A stretch of DNA of 64,000 nucleotides. Source: Candidatus Thalassarchaeum sp. (GTDB lineage Archaea; Thermoplasmatota; Poseidoniia; Poseidoniales; Thalassarchaeaceae). Shown piece by piece: positions 12,119 through 20,671 of this stretch. The position numbers and the translations under genes were made by a program. Below the pieces are notes generated by a model that worked only from the letters and a program-made list of their open reading frames with translations, searched no databases and was not told the DNA's origin. Position 1 is the first letter of the stretch; each line of letters begins with the position of its first letter. The stretch lies in assembly GCA_022449945.1 (NCBI GenBank), contig JAKURM010000001.1, forward strand, positions 7,569 through 71,568, written 5' to 3'.

Positions 12119-13069
12119 ATGGGAAGTCGCCTCGGCACTGTGTTCTGTTCGGCGATCCTGCTTCTTTCGATATCCGCCACACCACTGAATGCTTCTGAAT
12201 CAGGTGATTCCGCCGAAGAGAGAATGATTTCCGTAATCGAAACTGTCCCTCATGATCCTGGTGCCTTTACGCAAGGCTTGGAGATTTTCAACGGAATACT
12301 GTTCGAAAGCACCGGTCTGTACGGGCACTCCGGCCTAAGGAAGGTCGATACAACCGATGGAAGCGTAATCAGTCAGGTTTCCATAGATGGGACGTACTTC
12401 GGCGAGGGAATTACAATATTCAACAACTCAGTTATTATGCTGACTTGGCGTAATGGTACTGCATTGGTCTTCGATTCTGAGGATCTTTCAGTAGAAGGAG
12501 AATTCAGTTACCAAGGTGAGGGCTGGGGCATATGTTTCAATGGCGATTTCCTAGTAATGTCCAATGGGACATCCTTGCTGACTTTTCGTGACCCAGATTC
12601 CTTTGAGTTCTCTCACAGTATCTCAGTGACTTGGAATGGAAACCCAGTTACAAGATTGAATGAACTCGAGTGCGTAGGGGAACTAATATTGGCCAATGTT
12701 TGGCTCCAAGATGTAATCGTGGCAATCAACTCTACAACGGGGAATGTCGAATACTCTGCATCTGCAGGGTTTCTTTCGGAGAATCAGGGCAGCACAGCAA
12801 ATGAGGTACTAAACGGAATTGCATTTGACAGTTCACGGCAAGGATTCTGGATTACTGGCAAGAACTGGACGGAGATGTATCTGGTAACTTTCGATTCACA
12901 AAACGGCGAATTGCTATCCGAATCAGGTAGCAAGAATGGGCATATGGAAATTAGCTCTGAGTTGCTGGTAATTGCAACTGTCATGGTTTTCTTTTTTACC
13001 GTGGTAATGCAGCGAAAAATGCCCAACTTCAAGGACCCCCCTAGGGGTGATGATGATGGTGACGGATGA
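12119..13069 (+). CDS. Glutaminyl-peptide cyclotransferase (plant/bacterial beta-propeller type), secreted with C-terminal TM
   Basis: FTQGLE, ESTGLYGHS, FGEGIT, GEGWG, LNELE, ANVW, VLNGIA, TGKNW. Start placed at MGSRL, about 22 nt after a TTTTAA box. Confidence 0.9.
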   Translation: MGSRLGTVFCSAILLLSISATPLNASESGDSAEERMISVIETVPHDPGAFTQGLEIFNGILFESTGLYGHSGLRKVDTTDGSVISQVSIDGTYFGEGITIFNNSVIMLTWRNGTALVFDSEDLSVEGEFSYQGEGWGICFNGDFLVMSNGTSLLTFRDPDSFEFSHSISVTWNGNPVTRLNELECVGELILANVWLQDVIVAINSTTGNVEYSASAGFLSENQGSTANEVLNGIAFDSSRQGFWITGKNWTEMYLVTFDSQNGELLSESGSKNGHMEISSELLVIATVMVFFFTVVMQRKMPNFKDPPRGDDDGDG

Positions 13070-13808
13070 GGGGGACTCAACGGGAATCGACCTCGAGTAC
13101 TTCTTCGAGGACCTTTCAGGCGAGGATTCAACTAGGATTGCCGGAGCTATTTTGATAATCATTGGAAGCATCTTGGGTGTCCAGCTAGGAATAATGCTAA
13201 TCTCTGCAGACCCCGGAGAAGTCCTATCTGGAAATCTAGACTCCACGACAAAGTACGCCGATGTTTCCGGCATTGTAAGCACTGCATTGGTTGACAATAA
13301 CACCGGCGGAGATCCAGTAGAAGGGGTGAAGGTCAGACTTCTAGGATCAGATGGAACCACCACGGGAAGGGAGACTTTCACGGATTCCAACGGACGCTTC
13401 ACAATTCCAGATGTCCTGAGAGAACCCTCCATCCTATCAGTCACCCATCCTGGTAACAATACCACTAAGATTTACTTGGTTCCAGGAGATAACGCTCAGA
13501 TTGCCGTTACCCTAACTCCTGGAAACGGCGAGCAGATTATCGATATATTGGTGGAGAGTGATTTGGGAGAATCTGTATCCTTGGCCACTGCAATAGCGGC
13601 TCTGACAATTCTTCTGGGTCTTGCAGGCTGCTATGGGTGTGTGGAGGCATACAGGGGTAGCAGCTACAGGAGATCTTGGTGGCTTGCATTCCTCGGACTT
13701 TGGAGCCGTGGTATGATATTCATTGGACCTCTATTAATCCTAACGGGTATGGGCCTGGTGACCCTAACTAGAGAGCAGTTTTCCGGAGGCAAGAACTCGA
13801 ATTCTTGA
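13047..13808 (+). CDS. Membrane protein with carboxypeptidase-regulatory-like (transthyretin-like) domain
   Basis: TM helix, then GIV...PVEGVKV...TDSNGRFTI beta-sandwich, then 2-3 TM helices. Confidence 0.7.
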   Translation: MMMMVTDEGDSTGIDLEYFFEDLSGEDSTRIAGAILIIIGSILGVQLGIMLISADPGEVLSGNLDSTTKYADVSGIVSTALVDNNTGGDPVEGVKVRLLGSDGTTTGRETFTDSNGRFTIPDVLREPSILSVTHPGNNTTKIYLVPGDNAQIAVTLTPGNGEQIIDILVESDLGESVSLATAIAALTILLGLAGCYGCVEAYRGSSYRRSWWLAFLGLWSRGMIFIGPLLILTGMGLVTLTREQFSGGKNSNS

Positions 13809-13814
13809 TTGATC

Positions 13815-15155
13815 ATGTATCTGTTCTCAGTAGAGGGTGGAGACGGAAGTGGCAAGGGGCTAGCCACGAAGATCGTTTCCGATGTTCTGGAAAGGGAGTT
13901 TTCGTTTTCTTCTGTTGAAATTACCGGCGAACCACGTAGGGATCATGCATTGGGCCGCTTAGCAATAGATTCAGTCAGAAAGAAGACGATGACTCCCGAA
14001 CAAGAAGCCGGACTTTTTGCTGCAGATAGGTTGGACCACTCTCATGGTTGGATACTCCCTCGTTTATTGGAGGGAAAGGCAGTAGTTAGCGAGAGGAACA
14101 TCCACTCTTCATTGGTCTACCAAGGAATAGTAGGGGATGTTGGAGTCGATAGAGTTGCCCATATGAATTCAGCAGCCCTCATTCCCGATTTGTGTATTTG
14201 GATAGATTGCGACCCTGGCGTTGCAATGAAAAGAATTAGTAGCGAGACATTGAGGGGTGTTTCTAACAAGTCTGAGTATTTCGAGACAACAGACTTGCAG
14301 AAAAGAATTAGGGAGGGCTATGCAAACCTCCTTTCCGGAGATTTGGAGATGCCCACTCCGTTCGATATGGGTGCAATATTGGGGCCAATTTCCAATGAAG
14401 GCTCGCAGGATCAACTAAGGCGCTTCATTACGGACGGAATCCGGTCATTCTTACACGGCAAGCCCCCTCCGATAAATGTGGAGAAGGAACTCGTCGATCA
14501 ATTCCAGATTCGTTCCATGGTACGATTATCTCGAGGTCAGAGCAAACTCTCCGGCCTTGGAATTGAACCAGCAAAAAGCAAGACTGACTGGCTAGATGGG
14601 AATCCTCCGTGGAAGGTACTAAAGATGGCCCAACTCGCTCATGAGAAGGTCCTATCTTCGGCTTCGGATGAAGAAAGGCAGCACATGCCAAAAAATATCC
14701 TCAACCATTCGATGTCATCTATTTGTGGTACTTTGTCTCTTGTGCACACGGCAGACATCTCTGAACTCAGGTCTGCTATGGGTCCTGTGCGGTGCGTCTC
14801 CGAAAGACATACGCAGCGGACAGTAAAATTCCTCAAAGATCACTCAGGATGGATTTCACAACATAAGTCGCTAATCGGAAGAGATGCACCGCGTTCACAA
14901 TTGAAGGAGGAAAATTTCCCTTTTGGGAGGCTCGTTCTAGCAATCTGGCCATTCAGAAGGGAGATCAGGAAATGGCAGACTGCCAATCCCGGTACACACC
15001 CGAGATTTTGCATGGGACAACTAGTCAAGTCTGAAAGGTTTGAATCAGCGACTCACGATTCGATTGCAAGACTTTCCATCCTTGGGAGTGGGAGGGGTGG
15101 GATTGATACTCCTCAAAATCCCGATTCTCTGGTGGATTGGTGGACTGGGAAGTAG
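13815..15155 (+). CDS. tmk: Thymidylate kinase with long C-terminal extension
   Basis: EGGDGSGK P-loop, EP, LFAADR, VSER..SSLVYQG, PDL in the first ~210 aa. Confidence 0.85.
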   Translation: MYLFSVEGGDGSGKGLATKIVSDVLEREFSFSSVEITGEPRRDHALGRLAIDSVRKKTMTPEQEAGLFAADRLDHSHGWILPRLLEGKAVVSERNIHSSLVYQGIVGDVGVDRVAHMNSAALIPDLCIWIDCDPGVAMKRISSETLRGVSNKSEYFETTDLQKRIREGYANLLSGDLEMPTPFDMGAILGPISNEGSQDQLRRFITDGIRSFLHGKPPPINVEKELVDQFQIRSMVRLSRGQSKLSGLGIEPAKSKTDWLDGNPPWKVLKMAQLAHEKVLSSASDEERQHMPKNILNHSMSSICGTLSLVHTADISELRSAMGPVRCVSERHTQRTVKFLKDHSGWISQHKSLIGRDAPRSQLKEENFPFGRLVLAIWPFRREIRKWQTANPGTHPRFCMGQLVKSERFESATHDSIARLSILGSGRGGIDTPQNPDSLVDWWTGK

Positions 15156-15161
15156 TATTCT

Positions 15162-15932
15162 CTACTTTGTAACCAGCCTAGATTCGGCTGGAAGCAGTAC
15201 ATTACCCGGGCCTTTGAATTTGTTTGGTCGTGCAGAGAATGCCGAGCAGAACCACCATCCGCCCATTATGCCTGCTATCGCCCCAGTTAGGAGCCTAAGC
15301 GGGTTGTTCGATTCGTATGACGAAAGAAGTAGTTGGCTGAATCCATCTCTCACCATTGGAATAAGCCCCAAACCCATAATTGCAAAGACTGCAATGAGAC
15401 GCTTGTCATTGTGATACAGCGATTCCGTATTTTCGTCAGGGAGAACCGATAGGAATGTGTCCCTAATCGTCCATCTGTTGAAACCTCTGTAGTAGAATAT
15501 CGCGCATCCTATTGCAAATCCAAGGAAAATTCCTATATCTCTGGCGCATACTGGAAGCTGGTTGCCATTTATCTCCCAAGATCTGTAGTGTTTTTGATGG
15601 CAGTTGAGATCTCCAAAACCGTATGTAAAGGCAAAAACTGGATTCAGTTCCATCCAAGCAAATGAACCACCGTGCTCCGACTGATTGTGCCCTATTCCCG
15701 AACCACCCCGATGCTCTCCATTCCCCCAGCTATCGTGATAGGCATAGTCAATCGCGTTTGCCCTCCCAGAAAGCTCCGGTACAGAGCCTGCCGGTAGGAT
15801 TGCTGGAGCCAAGAAGCACAATACTAGGTAGGCCGCAGTAATCCCGCCAAGAATCTTGGAAACCCTGGTCTCCCTGAGGCGTTCTGTCAGCCCATTCTTC
15901 TGGATTTCCAATTCGTTCACTGAACTTCCCAA
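15162..15932 (-). CDS. DUF2085 family membrane protein
   Basis: CHQ...RS...NGNQLPVCARDIGI, DG..Q, YESNN..R..TG motifs with TM helices. Confidence 0.85.
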   Translation of the reverse strand: MGSSVNELEIQKNGLTERLRETRVSKILGGITAAYLVLCFLAPAILPAGSVPELSGRANAIDYAYHDSWGNGEHRGGSGIGHNQSEHGGSFAWMELNPVFAFTYGFGDLNCHQKHYRSWEINGNQLPVCARDIGIFLGFAIGCAIFYYRGFNRWTIRDTFLSVLPDENTESLYHNDKRLIAVFAIMGLGLIPMVRDGFSQLLLSSYESNNPLRLLTGAIAGIMGGWWFCSAFSARPNKFKGPGNVLLPAESRLVTK

Positions 15933-15956
15933 TTTGACCGCAGTTATAGCCTTCTC

Positions 15957-16103
15957 TTAATTTTTTGAATAGTCTGGAACTCCTTCGCAGCAGGCTTCCA
16001 CTACTGTCCTACAGATAGGGCACTCCATGTGTTGTCGAACTGGCACGGCTCTACCACGGAATCCGCATAGGCAGGAAATTTCACTGCAATGGTCAACATC
16101 CAT
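15957..16103 (-). CDS. Small Cys-rich putative metal-binding protein (48 aa), not in the ORF track
   Basis: MDVDHCSEISCLCGFRGRAVPVRQHMECPICRTVVEACCEGVPDYSKN*; fills the gap between sufD and the DUF2085 gene on the same strand. Confidence 0.6.
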   Translation of the reverse strand: MDVDHCSEISCLCGFRGRAVPVRQHMECPICRTVVEACCEGVPDYSKN

Positions 16104-16138
16104 GCTCCTGCTGAGAGTAGATGGTCCAAATCAATTGC

Positions 16139-17248
16139 CTATGTTTTCTGGTACAAGCCCTCAAGCTCTTCGGTTAGCATTCCGACCAGCCAATTGTGCA
16201 TTGTCTCGCTCCCCATTTCGGAAAGAGTCGAGTTAAGGAAAGCTGCTATTAGGGCCCTTTTGGCTTCTGAACTATCGTATCCTCTTGATTCAAGGTAGAA
16301 TAACTGGTCTTCATCAATCGGCCCATTTGCAGTCCCATGCCCACATCCAACTACCTCATTCTCCATTACTTCAAGCTCTGGAATGGAGTCAGCCTCAGCA
16401 TTTGGAGAAAGCAAAAGGTTGTGGAAAATCTGGGCCGCGTCGGCCCCCCGCGATCCTTCGGCAACTCTGAGCATCCCAGTCCCAATCGTTCTGCTTTCGC
16501 CACCGCATGCAGAATGCCAAGACAATCTGCTAAAGGTTTCTGGCGCATCGTGCTGTATCTCGATGTGGTGATCTAGGTGCATCTTTTCAGCCGACATCAC
16601 AGATCCCAGAACCCTCAAGTTCCCTCCTCTTTCTCCCATCCTGAAGCGCAAGTCAGCCTTGGTTTTCTCAGAACCTGATGATATCGTCCCTGCCCTTAGG
16701 TGAGCGTCTCTTCCAACGCTAATCAAGTCAGAGCGTAGCACTGTTCCTCTATTGGCTAGGTTAATCACGATGTCATTCACGATTGACCCATTTCCAATCA
16801 GTCCAGAACGCATGAACCCAAACCAATCGCTAGCCCCCACTATCCTGGTAACAATCTCAATGTTAACTCTGCTCTCAACTTCAATACCTAGGTGAAGTAC
16901 GGACGGATTTTCCCCGACATCAATCTCTAATATCACTGGATTTTCCGATGAGAATCCAGAATCCACTTCCAAGGTGTACTGCGATTCAGTGGAGGCAGCA
17001 ATAAGGAAATTACTGGTCAACTCATCATTTTTCGGGAGTCCCGAGGGAATTGATGCACCCTTAACCAGCCTCACTCCTTCTGGCGTACCCTCTGATTCGA
17101 TGGACATCAGCTTCAAACTTGGCCCGTCGAATAGGGGTATCTCATCTATCTTGCCTGTAGGGTGCACTCTTCTCCAGGGGGTGTATCTCCAAAGATGGCT
17201 GGACCTATCCGGCTCTCCCAATGACCGGTACTCCGATGCAGCGTCCAA
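16139..17248 (-). CDS. sufD: Fe-S cluster assembly protein SufD
   Basis: WRYTP, NLLLS..AEADSIPELE, CGHG, QLFYLESRG; follows sufB. Confidence 0.9.
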   Translation of the reverse strand: MDAASEYRSLGEPDRSSHLWRYTPWRRVHPTGKIDEIPLFDGPSLKLMSIESEGTPEGVRLVKGASIPSGLPKNDELTSNFLIAASTESQYTLEVDSGFSSENPVILEIDVGENPSVLHLGIEVESRVNIEIVTRIVGASDWFGFMRSGLIGNGSIVNDIVINLANRGTVLRSDLISVGRDAHLRAGTISSGSEKTKADLRFRMGERGGNLRVLGSVMSAEKMHLDHHIEIQHDAPETFSRLSWHSACGGESRTIGTGMLRVAEGSRGADAAQIFHNLLLSPNAEADSIPELEVMENEVVGCGHGTANGPIDEDQLFYLESRGYDSSEAKRALIAAFLNSTLSEMGSETMHNWLVGMLTEELEGLYQKT

Positions 17249-17256
17249 GCTCCCAC

Positions 17257-18669
17257 CTATCCGATGCTTCCTTCCATTTCTAGGGCCATGAGTTGGTTCA
17301 ACTCTACGGCATATTCCATCGGCAATTCCCTAGTAAATGGTTCAAAAAATCCATTGACTATCATTGCCAGAGCCTCTTCCTCTGAGTGACCCCTGCTCAT
17401 AAGGTAGAACAATTGTTCATCACTGACTTTGGATACACTTGCCTCATGTTCGCATCTTGCTGTGGGGTTGGAAACTTCCATGGTCGGATAGGTGTCTGAT
17501 CTACTGGATTCGTCAAGTATCAGGGCATCACAAACTACGTTTAACTTACAGTTTTCGGCCTTCGGCGAAACAGTAACCATTCCCCTATAGGAACCCCTTC
17601 CACCATTCTTGCTGATACTTTTCGATAAAATCTTGCTAGTGGTGTTTGAAGCTAGATGGTGAATTTTTGCACCTGCGTCCTGATGCTGACCCTCTCCGGA
17701 ATACGCTACTGAGATGACCTCTGCATGGCTCCCTTCGCCCTTGAGGATAACAGCTGGGTACTTCATCGTCAACTTGCTCCCTATGTTGCCATCAACCCAT
17801 TCAATAGTTGCATTCTCATGGGCAATCCCCCTCTTGGTAACAAGATTGTATACATTGGAGCTCCAATTTTGAACTGTGGAGTATCTGATATGCGCTCCAG
17901 GTAGAGCAATCAGTTCTACAACCGCGGAATGCAAAGAGTCAGTAGAGTATGTAGGGGCCGTGCAACCCTCGACGTAATGGATGCTGCTTCCTTCATCGGC
18001 GATGATTAGGGTTCTTTCGAACTGCCCCATGTTCTTTGCGTTAATCCTGAAGTAAGCTTGGACGGGCATTTCAACTTTAATTCCCTTTGGGACATAAATG
18101 AACGAACCCCCGGACCAAACTGCCGTGTTGAGGGCAGAGAATTTATTGTCTGTAAGTGGCACAACCGAGCAAAACCATTTCTTCACAATTTCAGGATATT
18201 CCCTTAATCCGCTGTCCATGTCAAGGAAAATCACCCCTTGCTCTTCCAAGTCCCCTCTTATGCTATGGTAAACTGCCTCTGATTCGTATTGTGCCGTAAC
18301 GCCTGAGAGCCACTTCTGCTCGGCTTCTGGAATGCCCAGCTTGTCGAATGTGTTACGGATGTCCTCCGGAACATCTTCCCAGTTTTTCTCTGTTGCATCA
18401 GATGAACGAAGGTAGTAGCAAATCTTGTCAAAGTCAATCTCTTCCAGCATCGAAGTATTGCCCCAATTTGGCATCGGCCTCTCCATGAAGTGGTGGAATG
18501 CTTTGACTCTGATTTCAGTCATCCAGGCAGGCTCATTTTTGAGGGATGAAATCTCCCTAACTACTTCCTCAGATAGCCCGAAATCAAACCTAATCGTAGA
18601 ATTCTCTGGATCATGCCATCCGGCCTTGTAGTCTCCAACAGCTTCTCGCGCTTCTTTGTTTTCGACCAT
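17257..18669 (-). CDS. sufB: Fe-S cluster assembly protein SufB
   Basis: [43 protein letters not shown]. Confidence 0.97.
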   Translation of the reverse strand: MVENKEAREAVGDYKAGWHDPENSTIRFDFGLSEEVVREISSLKNEPAWMTEIRVKAFHHFMERPMPNWGNTSMLEEIDFDKICYYLRSSDATEKNWEDVPEDIRNTFDKLGIPEAEQKWLSGVTAQYESEAVYHSIRGDLEEQGVIFLDMDSGLREYPEIVKKWFCSVVPLTDNKFSALNTAVWSGGSFIYVPKGIKVEMPVQAYFRINAKNMGQFERTLIIADEGSSIHYVEGCTAPTYSTDSLHSAVVELIALPGAHIRYSTVQNWSSNVYNLVTKRGIAHENATIEWVDGNIGSKLTMKYPAVILKGEGSHAEVISVAYSGEGQHQDAGAKIHHLASNTTSKILSKSISKNGGRGSYRGMVTVSPKAENCKLNVVCDALILDESSRSDTYPTMEVSNPTARCEHEASVSKVSDEQLFYLMSRGHSEEEALAMIVNGFFEPFTRELPMEYAVELNQLMALEMEGSIG

Positions 18670-18675
18670 TCTCTC

Positions 18676-19443
18676 TCACTCCTGTTGAAGCCATTCGTAC
18701 CCTTGTTCTTCAAGTTTTGTCGCCAGCTCAGGTCCTCCGGATGAAACGATTATACCATCCATCAGAACATGCACTTTGTCTGGATTGATGTGTTCTAGTA
18801 TTCTAGAATAGTGAGTAATAATTAGGGCTCCAGAATCGGAATCTCTGATAGCGGCATTAATGCCTTCCGAAACCGTCCTAATTCCATCTATATCCAAGCC
18901 ACTGTCCGTCTCATCCAGTACGGCCAGTTTGGGTTTCAATAGCATCAATTGGAGAATTTCGAAACGCTTCTTTTCCCCTCCACTGAATCCATCGTTTACA
19001 TATCTGGCCAAGAAGCTTCTCGGAACATCGAGAGATTCCATCGCTTTGCTAAGATCCTCTCTGAAAATCGAACCCTTCGCCGCCTCTTCGCCTCTAATGC
19101 TAGAGACTGACTTTCTGAGGAAGTTCCCAACCTGTAGCCCTGGAACTGCTTGAGGATATTGGAAGGATAGGAAAACGCCTGCCCTGGCCCTTTCCCAAGC
19201 CTCCATTTCCAGAAGGTCTTCGCCATCTAGGATCACTTCGCCTTTCTCTACCTCAAATTCCGGATGCCCCATGATTACATTTGCAGTAGTTGTCTTCCCA
19301 CTACCATTCCTTCCCATAATTGCATGAATCTCTCCGGGTCCGATTTCTAGATCGATCCCCTTCAATATTTGATTGCCATCAATCCCTGCATGCAGGCCCT
19401 TAATTTCGAGCAATGCGTTGCTTCCCGCCATGTTATCAATCAA
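18676..19443 (-). CDS. sufC: Fe-S cluster assembly ATPase SufC
   Basis: GRNGSGKT, FQYP, GFSGGEKKR, LDETDSGLDID, IITHY. Confidence 0.97.
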   Translation of the reverse strand: MIDNMAGSNALLEIKGLHAGIDGNQILKGIDLEIGPGEIHAIMGRNGSGKTTTANVIMGHPEFEVEKGEVILDGEDLLEMEAWERARAGVFLSFQYPQAVPGLQVGNFLRKSVSSIRGEEAAKGSIFREDLSKAMESLDVPRSFLARYVNDGFSGGEKKRFEILQLMLLKPKLAVLDETDSGLDIDGIRTVSEGINAAIRDSDSGALIITHYSRILEHINPDKVHVLMDGIIVSSGGPELATKLEEQGYEWLQQE

Positions 19444-19518
19444 TGCGGGAATTAGGAGACTTTTGAATCTCTCTTCCCTCCCCGTTCATCCTAAATCACA
19501 CAAACATCTCGCGAATCC

Positions 19519-20016
19519 ATGGATGGCGGGGACGACTCCGATGTAAATCCCATCGAAGACCTCGAGGAACTGTACAAGGAGCAGATTCAGGAATTGATGG
19601 AGAAGGAGTCAAAGAGGATAGTCTCTGAAAACACAGATCCCTCTGAAATTAGTAGGCTACAGTCCCTTTCCGTAGTGGATTTGTTCGAACGCGGCGACAG
19701 TGATATTGTTCCCGCATTGATGGCTCGCTTAGGTCCCGTCAGAGCAGCATTGGATGGGCATGGTGGCGCATTGGTGGTTACCGATGGCGTTGTAGAGGAA
19801 TCGAATGATGGCCGAAGGGTCATCTCCCTTATTTTGGACCTTGATGGTGCATGCGTATCTTGCGGAGCGGCACCAGGTACACTGAAAGGAATCCAGGACG
19901 ACCTTCTTGCAGAGAATGAGATTTCTTCCGTACGCTTTACTTCATCTATGCTGGAATGGTTTGATGAGATTCAGAAGGAGTTTGTTCTAGAGCATGGTGG
20001 CGTGACATTCGTCTAA
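19519..20016 (+). CDS. NifU/Nfu C-terminal domain Fe-S carrier
   Basis: VRAALDGHGG...LDGACVSCG..TLKGI Nfu signature; divergent from sufC. Confidence 0.85.
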   Translation: MDGGDDSDVNPIEDLEELYKEQIQELMEKESKRIVSENTDPSEISRLQSLSVVDLFERGDSDIVPALMARLGPVRAALDGHGGALVVTDGVVEESNDGRRVISLILDLDGACVSCGAAPGTLKGIQDDLLAENEISSVRFTSSMLEWFDEIQKEFVLEHGGVTFV

Positions 20017-20663
20017 CCAATCAAGTCAACCAACCTGTGTATTGCTCTAGGGGAAAATCCGAGAACGGCTTCATCCCTGCCTTCAATCAAGGTTACGAAA
20101 TCAGCCGCCTCTCCGGCTATATCGTAACCCCCTGCCTTGCCCATCCAGGAGCCACTGTTGACGAGCGTCACTACTCCCTCCTCCCCTATGTCCTCGAATT
20201 CAACTATGGAGAAATCGGTCCAGAGCTCTACGGCCCAACCTTTGATAAAATAAATCGAATCTCCATCCTCGCCCTTCAGAACGAAACCGGGAGGATATGC
20301 TATTGCAGTTGATGACCAAACTCTATGCCTCCTGCCGGAAAGACGGATTAGCATCCCAGCAGCCTTTAGATGACCCGTAGGTTTACCCAACGGAAGCTTC
20401 GAGTCATCGGGGTCCTCGACCAGGGTGTCTGCCACAACCATTAATCGACCCCTAGGGTTAATTTTCGCCGATTCCAATATTGCATTTTCTGCCTTGTGAA
20501 GGCAAGCTGCTTCTACTTGATTGCTTACTTCTGAACCGTATATTGGCTCGGGCTCCGGCTCCATGATCGAGCAGAACTCCAGGCTTACGCCCATCCCCTT
20601 GACTCTAGAAGAAAGCCATTCTCTTCTCCTAGTCGACTCGGAGGCGAGAATTATCGAATCCAT
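20013..20663 (-). CDS. maf: Maf-like nucleoside triphosphate pyrophosphatase
   Basis: IILASESTRRR, KA, ADTLV, GKP, LSGRRH.V, GKAGGY. Start at MDSIIL. Confidence 0.9.
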   Translation of the reverse strand: MDSIILASESTRRREWLSSRVKGMGVSLEFCSIMEPEPEPIYGSEVSNQVEAACLHKAENAILESAKINPRGRLMVVADTLVEDPDDSKLPLGKPTGHLKAAGMLIRLSGRRHRVWSSTAIAYPPGFVLKGEDGDSIYFIKGWAVELWTDFSIVEFEDIGEEGVVTLVNSGSWMGKAGGYDIAGEAADFVTLIEGRDEAVLGFSPRAIHRLVDLIG

Positions 20664-20671
20664 TTGAATCC

